Part shown: positions 1 to 14,950 of the stretch, piece by piece
How positions within the stretch are numbered: the stretch's first letter is position 1
Layout: the number at the start of each line of letters is the position of its first letter
Source of the DNA: the human T2T-CHM13v2.0 reference genome, Homo sapiens
Strand: one strand, 5' to 3'
DNA length: 64,000 bases
Assembly: GCF_009914755.1 (NCBI RefSeq)
Contig: NC_060933.1
Program-made: the position numbers and the translations under genes
The notes under the pieces: model-generated
Databases searched by the model: none
Seen by the model: the letters and a program-made list of their open reading frames with translations, nothing else
What the model was told of the DNA's origin: nothing

Positions 1-2695
1 CCGTACCATTCCATTCCATTCCTTTCCATTCCAATCCATGCTATTCCACTCGGGTTGATTCCATTCCTTTCCATTCCATTCGAGTTGAATCCATTCCATT
101 CCATTCCATTCCATTCGATTCCATTCCATTGCACACGGGTTCATTTCATTCCATTCCATTCCATTCCATTCCATTCCATTCCATTCCATTTAGTTCCATT
201 CCATTCTATTCCATACCATTCCATTCCATTCCATTCCATTCCACTCCATTCCATGCTATTCCTCTCGGGTTTATTCCATTCCTTTCCATTCCATTCGGAT
301 TGAATCCATTCCTTTCCATTCAATTCCATTCCACTCGATTCCATTACATTGCACTCGTGTTGTTTCCATTCCATTCCATTCCATTCCATATCATTCTATT
401 CCATTCCATTCCATTCCATTCCATTTCATTCTATTCCATTCCATTCCATTCCATTCCATTCCATTCCATTCCATGCCATTACACTCGGGTTGATTCCATT
501 CCTTTCCATTCCATTGGAGTTGAAACCATTCCATTCCATTCCATTCCATTCTATTCCATTCCATTCCAATCCATTGCACACGGGTTTATTCCATTCCATT
601 CCATTCCATTCCATTCCATTCCATTCCATTCCATTCCATTTCGTTCCATTCCATTCTATTCCGTACCATTCCATTCCATTCCATTCCATTCCATTCCATT
701 CCATTCCATGCCATTCCACTCGGTTTTTTCCATTCCTTTCCATTCCATTCGGGTTGAATCCATTCCTTTCCATTCCATTCCGTTCAATTCCATTCCATTG
801 CACTCGGGTTGATTCCATTCCATTCCATGCCATTCCATTTCATTCCGTTCCATTCCATTCCATTACATTCGGATTGATTCTTTTCAATTCCCTTACACTC
901 CATTACATTCCATTCCATTCGGGTAGTTTCCGTTCCATTCCATTCCATTCCACTCCATTGCATTGCACTTGGGTTGATAGATTCCATTCCATTCCATTCC
1001 ATTCCATTCCATTCCATTCCGGATGAATCCCTTCCATTGCATTCCATTCCATTCCATTCCCCTGCACTCGGGTTGATTCCATTCCATTCCATTCCATTCC
1101 ATTCCGTTCCATTCCATTCCATTCCATTCCATTCTGTTCAGGTTAATTCCATTCCATTCCATTCCATTCCATTCCATTCCATTCCATTCCATTCCATTCC
1201 ATTGCAATCGAGTTGTTTCCATTGCATTCCATTCCATTCCATTCCATTGCATTCCATTGCATTCCATTCCCATGCACTCAGGTTGATTCCATTCCATTCC
1301 ATTCCATTCCATTCCATTCCGGATGATTCCATTCCATTGCCTTCCATTCCACTCCATTCCCCTGCACTCGGGTTGATTCCATTCCATTCCATTCCATTCC
1401 ATTCCATTCAATTGCACTAGGTTTGATTCCATTCCACTTCATTCCATTCCATTCCATTCCATTCCATTCCACTCCATTCCATTCCATTCCCCCGCACTCG
1501 GGTTCATTCCATTCCATTGCATTTACTTCCATTCCATTCCATTCCATTCCATTCCATTCCATTCCATTAGACTCCATTCCATGCCATTCCACTCGGTTTT
1601 ATTCCGTTCGTTTCCATTCCATTCGGGTTGAATCCATTGCATTCCATTCCATTCGATTCCATTACATTGCACTCGTGTTGTTTCCATTCCATTCCATTCC
1701 ATTCCATTCCATTCCATTCCATGCCATTCCACTCGGGTTGATTTCATTCCATTCCGTTCCATTCGAGTCGAACCCATTCCATTCCATTCCATTCCATTCC
1801 ATTCCATTCCATTCCAATCCATTGCACACGGGTTCATTCCATTCCATTCCATTCCATTCCATTCCATTCCATTCCATTTCGTTCCATTCCATTCTATTCG
1901 GTACCATTCCATTCCATTCCATTCGGTACCATTCCATTCCATTCCATTCCAATCCAATCCATTCCATGCCATTCCACTTGGGTTGATTCCCTTCCTTTCC
2001 ATTCCATTCGGGTTGAATCCATTCCATTCCATTCCATTCCATTCCATTCCATTCCATTCCTTTCAATTCCATTGCACACGGGTTGGTTCCATTCCATTCC
2101 TTTCCGTTCCATTCCGGATGACTCCATTCCATTGCATTCCATTCCATTCCATTCCCCTGCACTCGGGTTCATTACCTTCCATTCCATTTACTTCCATTCC
2201 ATTCCATTCCATTCTATTCGGGTTAATTCCATTCCATTCCATTCCATTCCATTGCAATCGAGTTGATTCCATTCCATTCCATTCAATTCCGGATGATTCC
2301 ATTCCATTGCCTTCAATTCCATTCCATTCCCCTGCACTCGGGTTGATTCCATTCCATTCCATTCCATTCCATTCCATTCCATTTCATTCCATTCCATTTC
2401 GTTCCTTTCCATTCTATTCCGTACCATTCCATTCCATTCCATTCCATTCCATTCCATTCCATTCCATGCCATTCCACTCGGGTGGATTCCATTCCTTTCC
2501 ATTCCATTCGAGTTGAATCCATTCCAATCCATTCCATTCCATTCGATTCCATTCCATTGCACACGGGTTCATTCCATTCCATTCCATTCCATTCCATTCC
2601 ATTCCATTCCATTCCATTTCGTTCCATTCCATTATATTCCGTACCATTCCATTCCATTCCATTCCATTCCATTCCATTCCATTCCACTCCACTCC

Positions 2696-3545
2696 ATGCC
2701 ATTCCACTCGGGTTTATTCCATTCCTTTCCATTCCATTCGTGTTGAATCCATTCCATTCCATTCCATTCCATTCGATTCCATTACATTGCACTCGGGTTG
2801 ATTCCATTCCTTTCCATTCCATTCCATTCCACTCCATTCCATGCCATTCCACGCGGGTTTATTCCATTCCTTTCCACTCCATTCGTGTTGAATCCATTCC
2901 ATTCCATTCCATTCCATTCGATTCCATTACACTGCACTCGGGTTGATTCCATTCCATTCCATTCCATTCCATTCCATTTCATTCCATTCCATTCCATTCC
3001 ATTCCATTCCATTCCATTCCATTCCATTCCATGCCATTCCACTCGTGTTGATTCCATTCCTTTGCATTCCATTCGTGTTGAACCCATTCCATTCCATTCC
3101 ATTCCATTCCACTCCACTCCATGCCATTCCACTCGGGTTTATTCCATTCCTTTCCATTCTATTCGTGTTGAATCCATTCCATTCCATTCCATTCCATTCG
3201 ATTCCATTACATTGCACTCGGGTTGATTCCATTCCTTTCCATTCCATTCCATTCCACTCCATTCCATGCCATTCCACGCGGGTTTATTCCATTCCTTTCC
3301 ATTCCATTCGTGTTGAATCCATTCCATTCCATTCCATTCCATTCGATTCCATTACACTGCACTCGGGTTGATTCCATTCCATTCCATTCCATTCCATTTC
3401 ATTCCATTCCATTCCATTCCATTCCATTCCATTCCATTCCATTCCATTCCATGCCATTCCACTCGTGTTGATTCCATTCCTTTGCATTCCATTCGTGTTG
3501 AACCCATTCCATTCCATTCCATTCCATTGCACACAGGTTCATTCC
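2696..3545 (+). repeat. ~425-bp tandem duplication (contains a 145-bp sub-repeat)
   Basis: atgcc markers at 2696/3121 and 2841/3266; tttgcattccattcgtgttgaaccc at 3061/3481; paired ORF-track entries are offset by 425 (2798/3223, 2714/3139). Confidence 0.85.
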
Positions 3546-6500
3546 ATTCCATTCCATTCCATTCCATTCCATTCCATTCCGTTCCATTCCATTCCATTCC
3601 ATTCCATTCCATTCCATTCCATTCCATTCCATTTCTTTCCATTCCATTCTATTCTGTACCATTCCATTCCATTCCATTCCACTCCATTCCATGCCATTCC
3701 ACTCGGGTTTATTCCATTCCTTTTCATTCCATTTGGGTTGAATCCATTCCATTCCATTCCATTCCTTTCGATTCCATTATATTGCACACGGGTTGATTCC
3801 ATTCCATTCTATTCCGTTCCATTCAGGATGACTCCATTCCATTGCATTCCATTCCATTCCATTCCCCTGCACTCGGGTTCATTACATTCCATTCCATTCC
3901 CATCCACTCCATTCCATTCCATTCCATTCCATTTCAATCGAGTTGATTCCATTCCATTCCATTCCATTCCATTCAATTCCGGATGATTCCATTCCATTGC
4001 CTTCCATTCCACTCCATTCCCCTGCACTCGGGTTGATTCCATTCCATTCCATTCCATTCCATTCCATTCCATTCCATTCCATTCCATTTCGTTCCATTCC
4101 ACTCTATTCCGTACCATTCCATTCCATTCCTTTCCATTCCAATCCATGCTATTCCACTCGGGTTGATTCCATTCCTTTCCATTCCATTCGAGTTGAATGC
4201 ATTCCATTCCATTCCATTCCATTCGATTCCATTCCATTGCACACGGGTTCATTTCATTCCATTCCATTCCATTCCATTCCATTCCATTTAGTTCCATTCC
4301 ATTCTATTCCATACCATTCCATTCCATTCCATTCCATTCCACTCCATTCCATGCTATTCCTCTCGGGTTTATTCCATTCCTTTCCATTCCATTCGGATTG
4401 AATCCATTCCTTTCCATTCAATTCCATTCCACTCGATTCCATTACATTGCAGTCGTGTTGTTTCCATTCCATTCCATTCCATTCCATTTCATTCTATTCC
4501 ATTCCATTCCATTCCATTCCATTCCATTCCATTCCATTCCATGCCATTCCACTCGGGTTGATTCCATTCCTTTCCATTCCATTCGAGTTGAAACCATTCC
4601 ATTCCATTCCATTCCATTCTATTCCATTCCATTCCAATCCATTGCACACGGGTTCATTCCATTCCATTCCATTCCATTCCATTCCATTCCATTCCATTCC
4701 ATTCCATTTCGTTCCATTCCATTCTATTCCGTACCATTCCATTCCATTCCATTCCATTCGATTCCATTCCATTCCATGCCTTTCCACTCGGTTTTTTCCA
4801 TTCCTTTCCATTCCATTCGGGTTGAATCCATTCCTTTCCATTCCATTCCGTTCAATTCCATTCCATTGCACTCGGGTTGATTCCATTCCATTCCATGCCA
4901 TTCCATTTCATTCCGTTCCATTCCATTCCATTACATTCGGATTGATTCTTTTCAATTCCCTTACACTCCATTACATTCCATTCCATTCGGGTAGTTTCCG
5001 TTCCATTCCATTCCATTCCACTCCATTGCATTGCACTCGGGTTGATAGATTCCATTCCATTCCATTCCATTCCATTCCATTCCATTCCATTCCGGATGAA
5101 TCCATTCCATTGCATTCCATTCCATTCCATTCCCCTGCACTCGGGTTGATTCCATTCCATTCCATTCCATTCCATTCCGTTCCATTCCATTCCATTCCAT
5201 TCCATTCCATTCTGTTCAGGTTAATTCCATTCCATTCCATTCCATTCCATTCCATTCCATTCCATTCCATTCCATTCCATTCCATTCCATTCCATTCCAT
5301 TCCATTGCAATCGAGTTGTTTCCATTGCATTCCATTCCATTCCATTCCATTGCATTCCATTGCATTCCATTCCCCTGCACTCAGGTTGATTCCATTCCAT
5401 TCCATTCCATTCCATTCCATTCCATTCCGGATGATTCCATTCCATTGCCTTCCATTCCACTCCATTCCCCTGCACTCGGGTTGATTCCATTCCATTCCAT
5501 TCCATTCCATTCCATTCCATTCCATTCTATTTCATTCCATTCCACTCTATTCCGTACCATTCCATTCCATTCCTTTCCATTCCAATCCATGCTATTCCAC
5601 TCGGGTTGATTCCATTCCTTTCCATTCCATTCGAGTTGAATCCATTCCATTCCATTCCATTCCATTCGATTCCATTCCATTGAACACGTGTTCATTCCAT
5701 TCCATTCCATTCCATTCCATTCCATTCCATTTAGTTCCATTCCATTCTATTCCATACCATTCCATTCCATTCCATTCCATTCCACTCCATTCCATGCTAT
5801 TCCTCTCGGGTTTATTCCATTCCTTTCCATTCCATTCGGGTTGAATCCATTCCATTCCATTCAATTCCATTCCACTCGATTCCATTACATTGCACTCGTG
5901 TTGTTTCCATTCCATTCCATTCCATTCCATTTCATTCTATTCCATTCCATTCCATTCCATTCCATTCCATTCCATGCCATTCCACTCGGGTTGATTCCAT
6001 TCCTTTCCATTCCATTCGAGTTGAAACCATTCCATTCCATTCGATTCCATTCCATTCCATTCCATTCCAATCCATTGCACACGGGTTCATTCCATTGCAT
6101 TCCATTCCATTCCATTCCATTCCATTCCATTCCATTCCATTCCATTCCATTTCTTTCCATTCCATTCTATTCCTTACCATTCCATTCCATTCCATTCCAT
6201 TCCATGCCATTCCACTCGGGTTTATTCCATTCCTTTCCATTCCATTCGGGTTGAATCCATTCCTTTCCATTCCATTCCGTTCAATTCCATTCCATTGCAC
6301 TCGGGTTGATTCCATTCCATTCCATGCCATTCCATTTCATTCCGTTCCATTCCATTCCATTACATTCGGATTGATTCTTTTCAATTCCCTTACACTCCAT
6401 TACATTCCATTCCATTCGGGTAGTTTCCGTTCCATTCCATTCCATTCCACTCCATTGCTTTGCACTCGGGTTGATTGATTCCATTCCATTGCATTCCATT

Positions 6501-9500
6501 CCATTCCATTCCATTCCGGATGAATCCATTCCATTGCATTCCATTCCATTCCATTCCCCTGCACTCGGGTTGATTCCATTCCATTCCATTCCATTCCATT
6601 CCGTTCCATTCCATTCCATTCCATTCCATTCTGTTCAGGTTAATTCCATTCCATTCCATTCCATTCCATTCCATTCCATTCCATTCCATTCCATTCCATT
6701 CCATAGCAATCGAGTTGTTTCCATTGCATTCCATTCCATTCCATTCCATTGCATTCCATTGCATTCCATTCCCCTGCACTCAGGTTGATTCCATTCCATT
6801 CCATTCCATTCCATTCTATTCGCGTTAATTCCATTCCATTCCATTACATTACATTCCATTGCAATCGACTTGATTCCATTCCATTCCATTCCATTCCATT
6901 CAATTCAAGTCCTTTCCATTCCATTCCACTCGTGTTTATTCCATTTTATTAGTTTCCATTCCAATCCTTTCCCTTCCATTCCACTCTGGTTGATTCCATT
7001 CCTTTCCATTCCACTCGAATTCATTCCCTTCTATTCCACTCGGAATGATTCCATTCCATTCCGTTCCATTCCATTCCATTCGATTCTATTTCCTACCATT
7101 GCTTTCTATTCCGTACCATTCCATTCCATTCCATTCCATGCCATTCCACTCTGGTTGATTCCATTGCTTTCCATTCCATTTGGGTTGAATCCATTCCTTT
7201 CCATTCCATTCCATTCCATTCCATTCCATTGCACTAGGTTTGATTCCATTCCACTGCATTCCATTCCATTCCATTCCATTCCATTCCATTCCATTCCATT
7301 CCATTCCGTTCCATTCAGTTCCATTACATTCGGATTGATTCTTTTTAATTCCCTCAGACTCCATTACATTCCATTCCATTCGGGTACTTTCCATTCCATT
7401 CCATTCCATTCCATTCCATTCCACTGCATTATATTGCACTCGGGTTTATTGATTCCATTCCATTGCATTCCATTCCATTCCATTCCATTCCGGATGATTC
7501 CATTCCATTGCATTCCATTCTATTCCATTCCCCTGCACTCGGGTTGATTCCATTCCATTCCATTCCATTCCATTCAGTTCCGTTCCATTCCATTCCATTC
7601 CATTCTGTTCAGGTTAATTCCATTCCATTCCATTCCCTTCCATTCCATTCCATTCCATTCCATTGCAATCGAATTGATTCCATTGCATTCCATTTCATTC
7701 CATTCCATTGCATTCCATTCCATTCCTATCCCCTGCACTCAGGTTGATTCCATTCCATTCCATTCCATTCCATTCCATTCTATTCCATTCCATTCTATTC
7801 GCGGTAATTCCATTCCATTCCATTCCATTACCTTCCATTGCAATCGAGTTTATTCCATTCCATTCCGTTCCTTTCCATTCCATTCCATTCAAGTCCTTTC
7901 CATTCCATTCCAGTCGTGTTGATTCCATTTTATTAGTTTCCATTCCATTCCATTCCCTTCCATTCCACTCTGGTTGATTCCATTCCTTTCCATTCCACTC
8001 GAATACATTCCCTTCTATTCCACTCGGAATGATTCCATTCCATTCCGTTCCATTCCATTCCATTCCATTCCATTTCTTTCCATTCCATTCTATTCCGTAC
8101 CATTCCATTCCATTCCATTCCATTCCATTCCATTCCATGCCATTCCACTCGGGTTGATTCCATTGCTTTCCATTCCATTTGGGTTGAATCCATTCCATTC
8201 CATTCCATTCCATTCCATTCCATTCCATTCAATTGCACTAGGTTTGATTCCATTCCACTGCATTCCATTCCATTCCATTCCATTCCATTCCACTCCATTC
8301 CATTCCATTCCCCCGCACTCGGCTTCATTCCATTCCATTGCATTTACTTCCATTCCATTCCATTCCATTCCATTCCATTCCATTCCATTGCAATCGAGTT
8401 GATTCCATTCCATTCTTTCTATTCAATTCCGGATGATTCCATTCCATTGCCTTCAATTCCATTCCATTCCCCTGCACTCGGGTTGATTCCATTCCATTCC
8501 ATTCCATTCCATTCCATTCCATTCCATTTCATTCTATTCCATTTCTTTCCATTCCATTCTATTCCGTACCATTCCATTCCATTCCATTCCATTCTATTCG
8601 GGTTAATTCCATTCCACTCCATTCCATTCCATTCCATTCCATTCCATTCCATTCCATGCCATTCCACTCGGGTTGATTCCATTCCTTTCCATTCCATTCG
8701 AGTTGAATACATTCCAATCCATTCCATTGCATTCGATTCCATTCCATTGCACACGGGTTCATTCCATTCCATTCCATTCCATTCCATTGCAATCGAGTTG
8801 ATTCCATTACATTCCATTCAATTCCGGATGATTCCATTCCATTGCCTTCAATTCCATTCCATTCCCCTGCACTCGGGTTGATTCCATTCCATTCCATTCC
8901 ATTTCATTCCATTCCATATCGTTCCATTCCATTCTATTCCATACCATTCCATTCCATTCCATTCCATTCCATTCCATTCCATTCCATGCCATTCCACTCG
9001 GGTTGATTCCATTCCTTTCCATTCCATTCGAGTTGAATACATTCCAATCCATTCCATTGCATTCGATTCCATTCCATTGCACACGGGTTCATTCCATTCC
9101 ATTCCATTCCATTCCATTCCATTCCATTCCATTCCATTCCATTCGATTCCATTACATTGCACTCGGGTTGATTCCATTCCATTTCATTCCATTAAATTTC
9201 ATTCCACTCCATTCCATTCCATTTCATTCAATTCCATTCCATTCAATGCCATTCCATTCGTGTTTATTCCATTCCTTTCCATTCCATTCGAGTTGAACCC
9301 ATTCCATTCCATTCCATTCCATTCCATTCCATTCCGTTCCATTCCATTGCACACGGGTTCATTCCATTCCATTCCATTCCATTACATTACATTCCATTAC
9401 GTTACATTCCATTTCGTTCCTTTCAATTCTATTCCGTTCCATTCCATTCCATTCCCTTCCATTCCACTCTGGTTGATTCCATTCCTTTCCATTCCACTCG

Positions 9501-10389
9501 AATACATTCCCTTCTATTCCACTCGGAATGATTCCATTCCATTCCGTTCCATTCCATTCCATTCCATTCCATTTCTTTCCATTCCATTCTATTCCGTACC
9601 ATTCCATTCCATTCCATTCCATTCCATTCCATTCCATTCCATTCCATTCAATTCCATGCCATTCCACTCGGGTTGTTTCCATTGCTTTCCATTCCATTTG
9701 GGTTGAATCCATTCCATTCCATTCCATTCCATTCCATTCAATTGCACTAGGTTTGATTCCATTCCACTGCATTCCATTCCATTCCATTCCATTCCATTCC
9801 ACTCCATTCCATTCCATTCCCCCGCACTCGGGTTCATTCCATTCCATTGCATTTACTTCCATTCCATTCCATTCCATTCCATTCCATTCCATTAGACTCC
9901 ATTCCATGCCATTCCACTCGGTTTTATTCCATTCGTTTCCATTCCATTCGGGTTTTATCCATTGCATTCCATTCCATTCGATTCCATTACATTGCACTCG
10001 TGTTATTTCCATTCCATTCCATTCCATTCCATTCCATTCCATTCCATGCCATTCCACTCGGGTTGATTTCATTCCATTCCGTTCCATTCGAGTCGAACCA
10101 ATTCCATTCCATTCCATTCCATTCCATTCCATTCCAATCCATTGCACACGGGTTCATTCCATTCCATTCCATTCCATTCCATTCCATTTCGTTCCATTCC
10201 ATTCTATTCGGTACCATTCCATTCCATTCCATTCGGTACCATTCCATTCCATTCCATTCCAATCCATTCCATTCCATGCCATTCCACTTGGGTTGATTCC
10301 CTTCCTTTCCATTCCATTCGGGTTGAATCCATTCCATTCCATTCCATTCCATTCCATTCCATTCCATTCCATTCCATTCCATTCCATTC

Positions 10390-13300
10390 CTTTCAATTCC
10401 ATTGCACACGGGTTGGTTCCATTCCATTCCTTTCCGTTCCATTCCGGATGACTCCATTCCATTGCATTCCATTCCATTCCATTCCCCTGCACTCGGGTTC
10501 ATTACCTTCCATTCCATTTACTTCCATTCCATTCCATTCCATTCTATTCGGGTTAATTCCATTCCATTCCATTCCATTCCATTCCATTCCATTCCATTCC
10601 ATTCCATTCCATTCCATTCCATTCCATTGCAATCGAGTTGATTCCATTCCATTCCATTCAATTCCGGATGATTCCATTCCATTGCCTTCAATTCCATTCC
10701 ATTCCCCTGCACTCGGGTTGATTCCATTCCATTCCATTCCATTCCATTCCATTCCATTCCATTCCATTTCATTCCATTCCATTTCGTTCCTTTCCATTCT
10801 ATTCCTTTCCATTCCATTCCATTCCATTCCATTCCATTCCATTCCATTCCATGCCATTCCACTCGGGTTGATTCCATTCCTTTCCATTCCATTCGAGTTG
10901 AATCCATTCCAAACCATTCCATTCCATTCGATTCCATTCCATTGCACACGGGTTCATTCCATTCCATTCCATTCCATTCCATTCCATTCCATTCCATTCC
11001 ATTTCGTTCCATTCCATTATATTCCGTACCATTCCATTCCATTCCATTCCATTCCATTCCATTCCACTCCACTCCATGCCATTCCACTCGGGTTTATTCC
11101 ATTCCTTTCCATTCCATTCGGGTTGAATCCATTCCATTCCATTCCATTCCATTCGATTCCATTACATTGCACTCGGGTTGATTCCATTCAATTCCATTCC
11201 ATTCCATTCCACTCCATTCCATGCCATTCCACGCGGGTTTATTCCATTCCTTTCCATTCCATTCGTGTTGAATCCATTCCATTCCATTCCATTCCATTCG
11301 ATTCCATTACACTGCACTCGGGTTGATTCCATTCCATTCCATTCCATTCCATTTCATTCCATTCCATTCCATTCCATTCCATTCCATTCCATTCCATTCC
11401 ATGCCATTCCACTCGTGTTGATTCCATTCCTTTGCATTCCATTCGTGTTGAACCCATTCCATTCCATTCCATTCCATTGCACACGGGTTCATTCCATTCC
11501 ATTCCATTCCATTCCATTCCATTCCATTCCGTTCCATTCCATTCCATTCCATTCCATTCCATTCCATTTCGTTCCATTCCATTCTATTCTGTACCATTCC
11601 ATTCCATTCCATTCCACTCCATTCCATGCCATTCCACTCGGGTTTATTCCATTCCTTTTCATTCCATTTGGGTTGAATCCATTCCATTCCATTCCATTCC
11701 TTTCGATTCCATTATATTGCACACGGGTTGATTCCATTCCATTCCATTCCGTTCCATTCAGGATGACTCCATTCCATTGCATTCCATTCCATTCCATTCC
11801 CCTGCACTCGGGTTCATTACATTCCATTCCATTCCCATCCACTCCATTCCATTCCATTCCATTCCATTTCAATCGAGTTGATTCCATTCCATTCCATTCC
11901 ATTCCATTCAATTCCGGATGATTCCATTCCATTGCCTTCCATTCCACTCCATTCCCCTGCACTCGGGTTGATTCCATTCCATTCCATTCCATTCCATTCC
12001 ATTCCATTCCATTCCATTTCGTTCCATTCCACTCTATTCCGTACCATTCCATTCCATTCCTTTCCATTCCAATCCATGCTATTCCACTCGGGTTGATTCC
12101 ATTCCTTTCCATTCCATTCGAGTTGAATCCATTCCATTCCATTCCATTCCATTCCATTCCATTCCATTCCATTCCATTCCATTCCATTCCATTCCATTGC
12201 ACACGGGTTCATTTCATTCCATTCCATTCCATTCCATTCCATTCCATTTAGTTCCATTCCATTCTATTCCATACCATTCCATTCCATTCCATTCCATTCC
12301 ATTCCACTCCATTCCATGCTATTCCTCTCGGGTTTATTCCATTCCTTTCCATTCCATTCGGATTGAATCCATTCCTTTCCATTCAATTCCATTCCACTCG
12401 ATTCCATTACATTGCAGTCGTGTTGTTTCCATTCCATTCCATTCCATTCCATTTCATTCTATTCCATTCCATTCCATTCCATTCCATTCCATTCCATTCC
12501 ATTCCATGCCATTCCACTCGGGTTGATTCCATTCCTTTCCATTCCATTCGAGTTGAAACCATTCCATTCCATTCCATTCCATTCTATTCCATTCCATTCC
12601 AATCCATTGCACACGGGTTCATTCCATTCCATTCCATTCCATTCCATTCCATTCCATTCCACTTCGTTCCATTCCATTCTATTCCGTACCATTCCATTCC
12701 ATTCCATTCCATTCCATTCCATTCCATTCCATTCCATTCCTTTCAATTCCATTGCACACGGGTTGGTTCCATTCCATTCCTTTCCGTTCCATTCCGGATG
12801 ACTCCATTCCATTGCATTCCATTCCATTGCATTCCCCTGCACTCGGGTTCATTACCTTCCATTCCATTTACTTCCATTCCATTCCATTCCATTCTATTCG
12901 GGTTAATTCCATTCCATTCCATTCCATTCCATTCCATTCCATTCCATTCCATTCCATTGCAGTCGAGTTGATTCCATTCCATTGCATTCAATTCCGGATG
13001 ATTCCATTCCATTGCCTTCAATTCCATTCCATTCCCCTGCACTCGGGTTGATCCATTCCATTCCATTCCATTCCATTTCATTCCATTCCATTTCGTTCCT
13101 TTCCATTCTATTCCGTACCATTCCATTCCATTCCATTCCATTCCATTCCATTCCATTCCATTCCATGCCATTCCACTCGGGTTGATTCCATTCCTTTCCA
13201 TTCCATTCGAGTTGAATCCATTCCAATCCATTCCATTCCATTCGATTCTATTCCATTGCACACGGGTTCATTCCATTCCATTCCATTCCATTCCATTCCA

Positions 13301-14950
13301 TTCCATTCCATTCCATTTCGTTCCATTCCATTATATTCCGTACCATTCCATTCCATTCCATTCCATTCCATTCCATTCCATTCCACACCACTCCATGCCA
13401 TTCCACTCGGGTTTATTCCATTCCTTTCCATTCCATTCGGGTTGAATCCATTCCATTCCATTCCATTCCATTCGATTCCATTACATTGCACTCGGGTTGA
13501 TTCCATTCCATTCCATTCCATTCCATTCCACTCCATTCCATGCCATTCCACGCGGGTTTATTCCATTCCTTTCCATTCCATTCGTGTTGAATCCATTCCA
13601 TTCCATTCGATTCCATTACACTGCACTCGGGTTGATTCCATTCCATTCCATTCCATTCCATTTCGTTCCATTCCATTCCATTCCATTCCATTCCATTCCA
13701 TTCCATTCCATGCCATTCCACTCGTGTTGATTCCATTCCTTTGCATTCCATTCGTGTTGAACCCATTCCATTCCATTCCATTCCATTGCACACAGGTTCA
13801 TTCCATTCCATTCCATTCCATTCCATTCCATTCCGTTCCATTCCATTCCATTCCATTCCATTCCATTCCATTTCGTTCCATTCCATTCTATTCTGTACCA
13901 TTCCATTCCATTCCATTCCACTGCATTCCATGCCATTCCACTCTGGCTTATTCCATTCCTTTTCATTCCATTTGGGTTGAATCCATTCCATTCCATTCCA
14001 TTCCTTTCGATTCCATTATATTGCACACGGGTTGATTCCATTCCATTCCATTCCGTTCCATTCAGAATGACTCCATTCCATTGCATTCCATTCCATTCCA
14101 TTCCCCTGCACTCGGGTTCATTACATTCCATTCCATTCCCATCCACTCCATTCCATTCCATTCCATTCCATTTCAATCGAGTTGATTCCATTCCATTCCA
14201 TTCCATTCCATTCAATTCCGGATGATTCCATTCCATTGCCTTCCATTCCACTCCATTCCCCTGCACTCGGGTTGATTCCATTCCATTCCATTCCATTCCA
14301 TTCCATTCCATTCCATTCCATTTCGTTCCATTCCACTCTATTCCGTACCATTCCATTCCATTCCTTTCCATTCCAATCCATGCTATTCCACTCGGGTTGA
14401 TTCCATTCCTTTCCATTCCATTCGAGTTGAATCCATTCCATTCCATTCCATTCCATTCGATTCCATTCCATTGCACACGGGTTCATTTCATTCCATTCCA
14501 TTCCATTCCATTCCATTTAGTTCCATTCCATTCTATTCCATACCATTCCATTCCATTCCATTCCATTCCACTCCATTCCATGCTATTCCTCTCGGGTTTA
14601 TTCCATTCCTTTCCATTCCATTCGGATTGAATCCATTCCTTTCCATTCAATTCCATTCCACTCGATTCCATTACATTGCACTCGTGTTGTTTCCATTCCA
14701 TTCCATTCCATTCCATTTCATTCTATTCCATTCCATTCCATTCCATTCCATTCCATGCCATTCCACTCGGGTTGATTCCATTCCTTTCCATTCCATTCGA
14801 GTTGAAACCATTCCATTCCATTCCATTCCATTCTATTCCATTCCATTCCAATCCATTGCACACGGGTTCATTCCATTCCATTCCATTCCATTCCATTCCA
14901 TTCCATTCCGTTCCATTCCATTCTATTCCGTACCATTCCATTCCATTCCA
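10390..14950 (+). repeat. ~2.3-kb tandem duplication
   Basis: tttcaattccattgcacacgggttggttcc 10391/12741; attaccttcc 10501/12851; cccatccactcc ~11834/~14138; ccaatccatgct ~12069/~14373. Confidence 0.8.
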
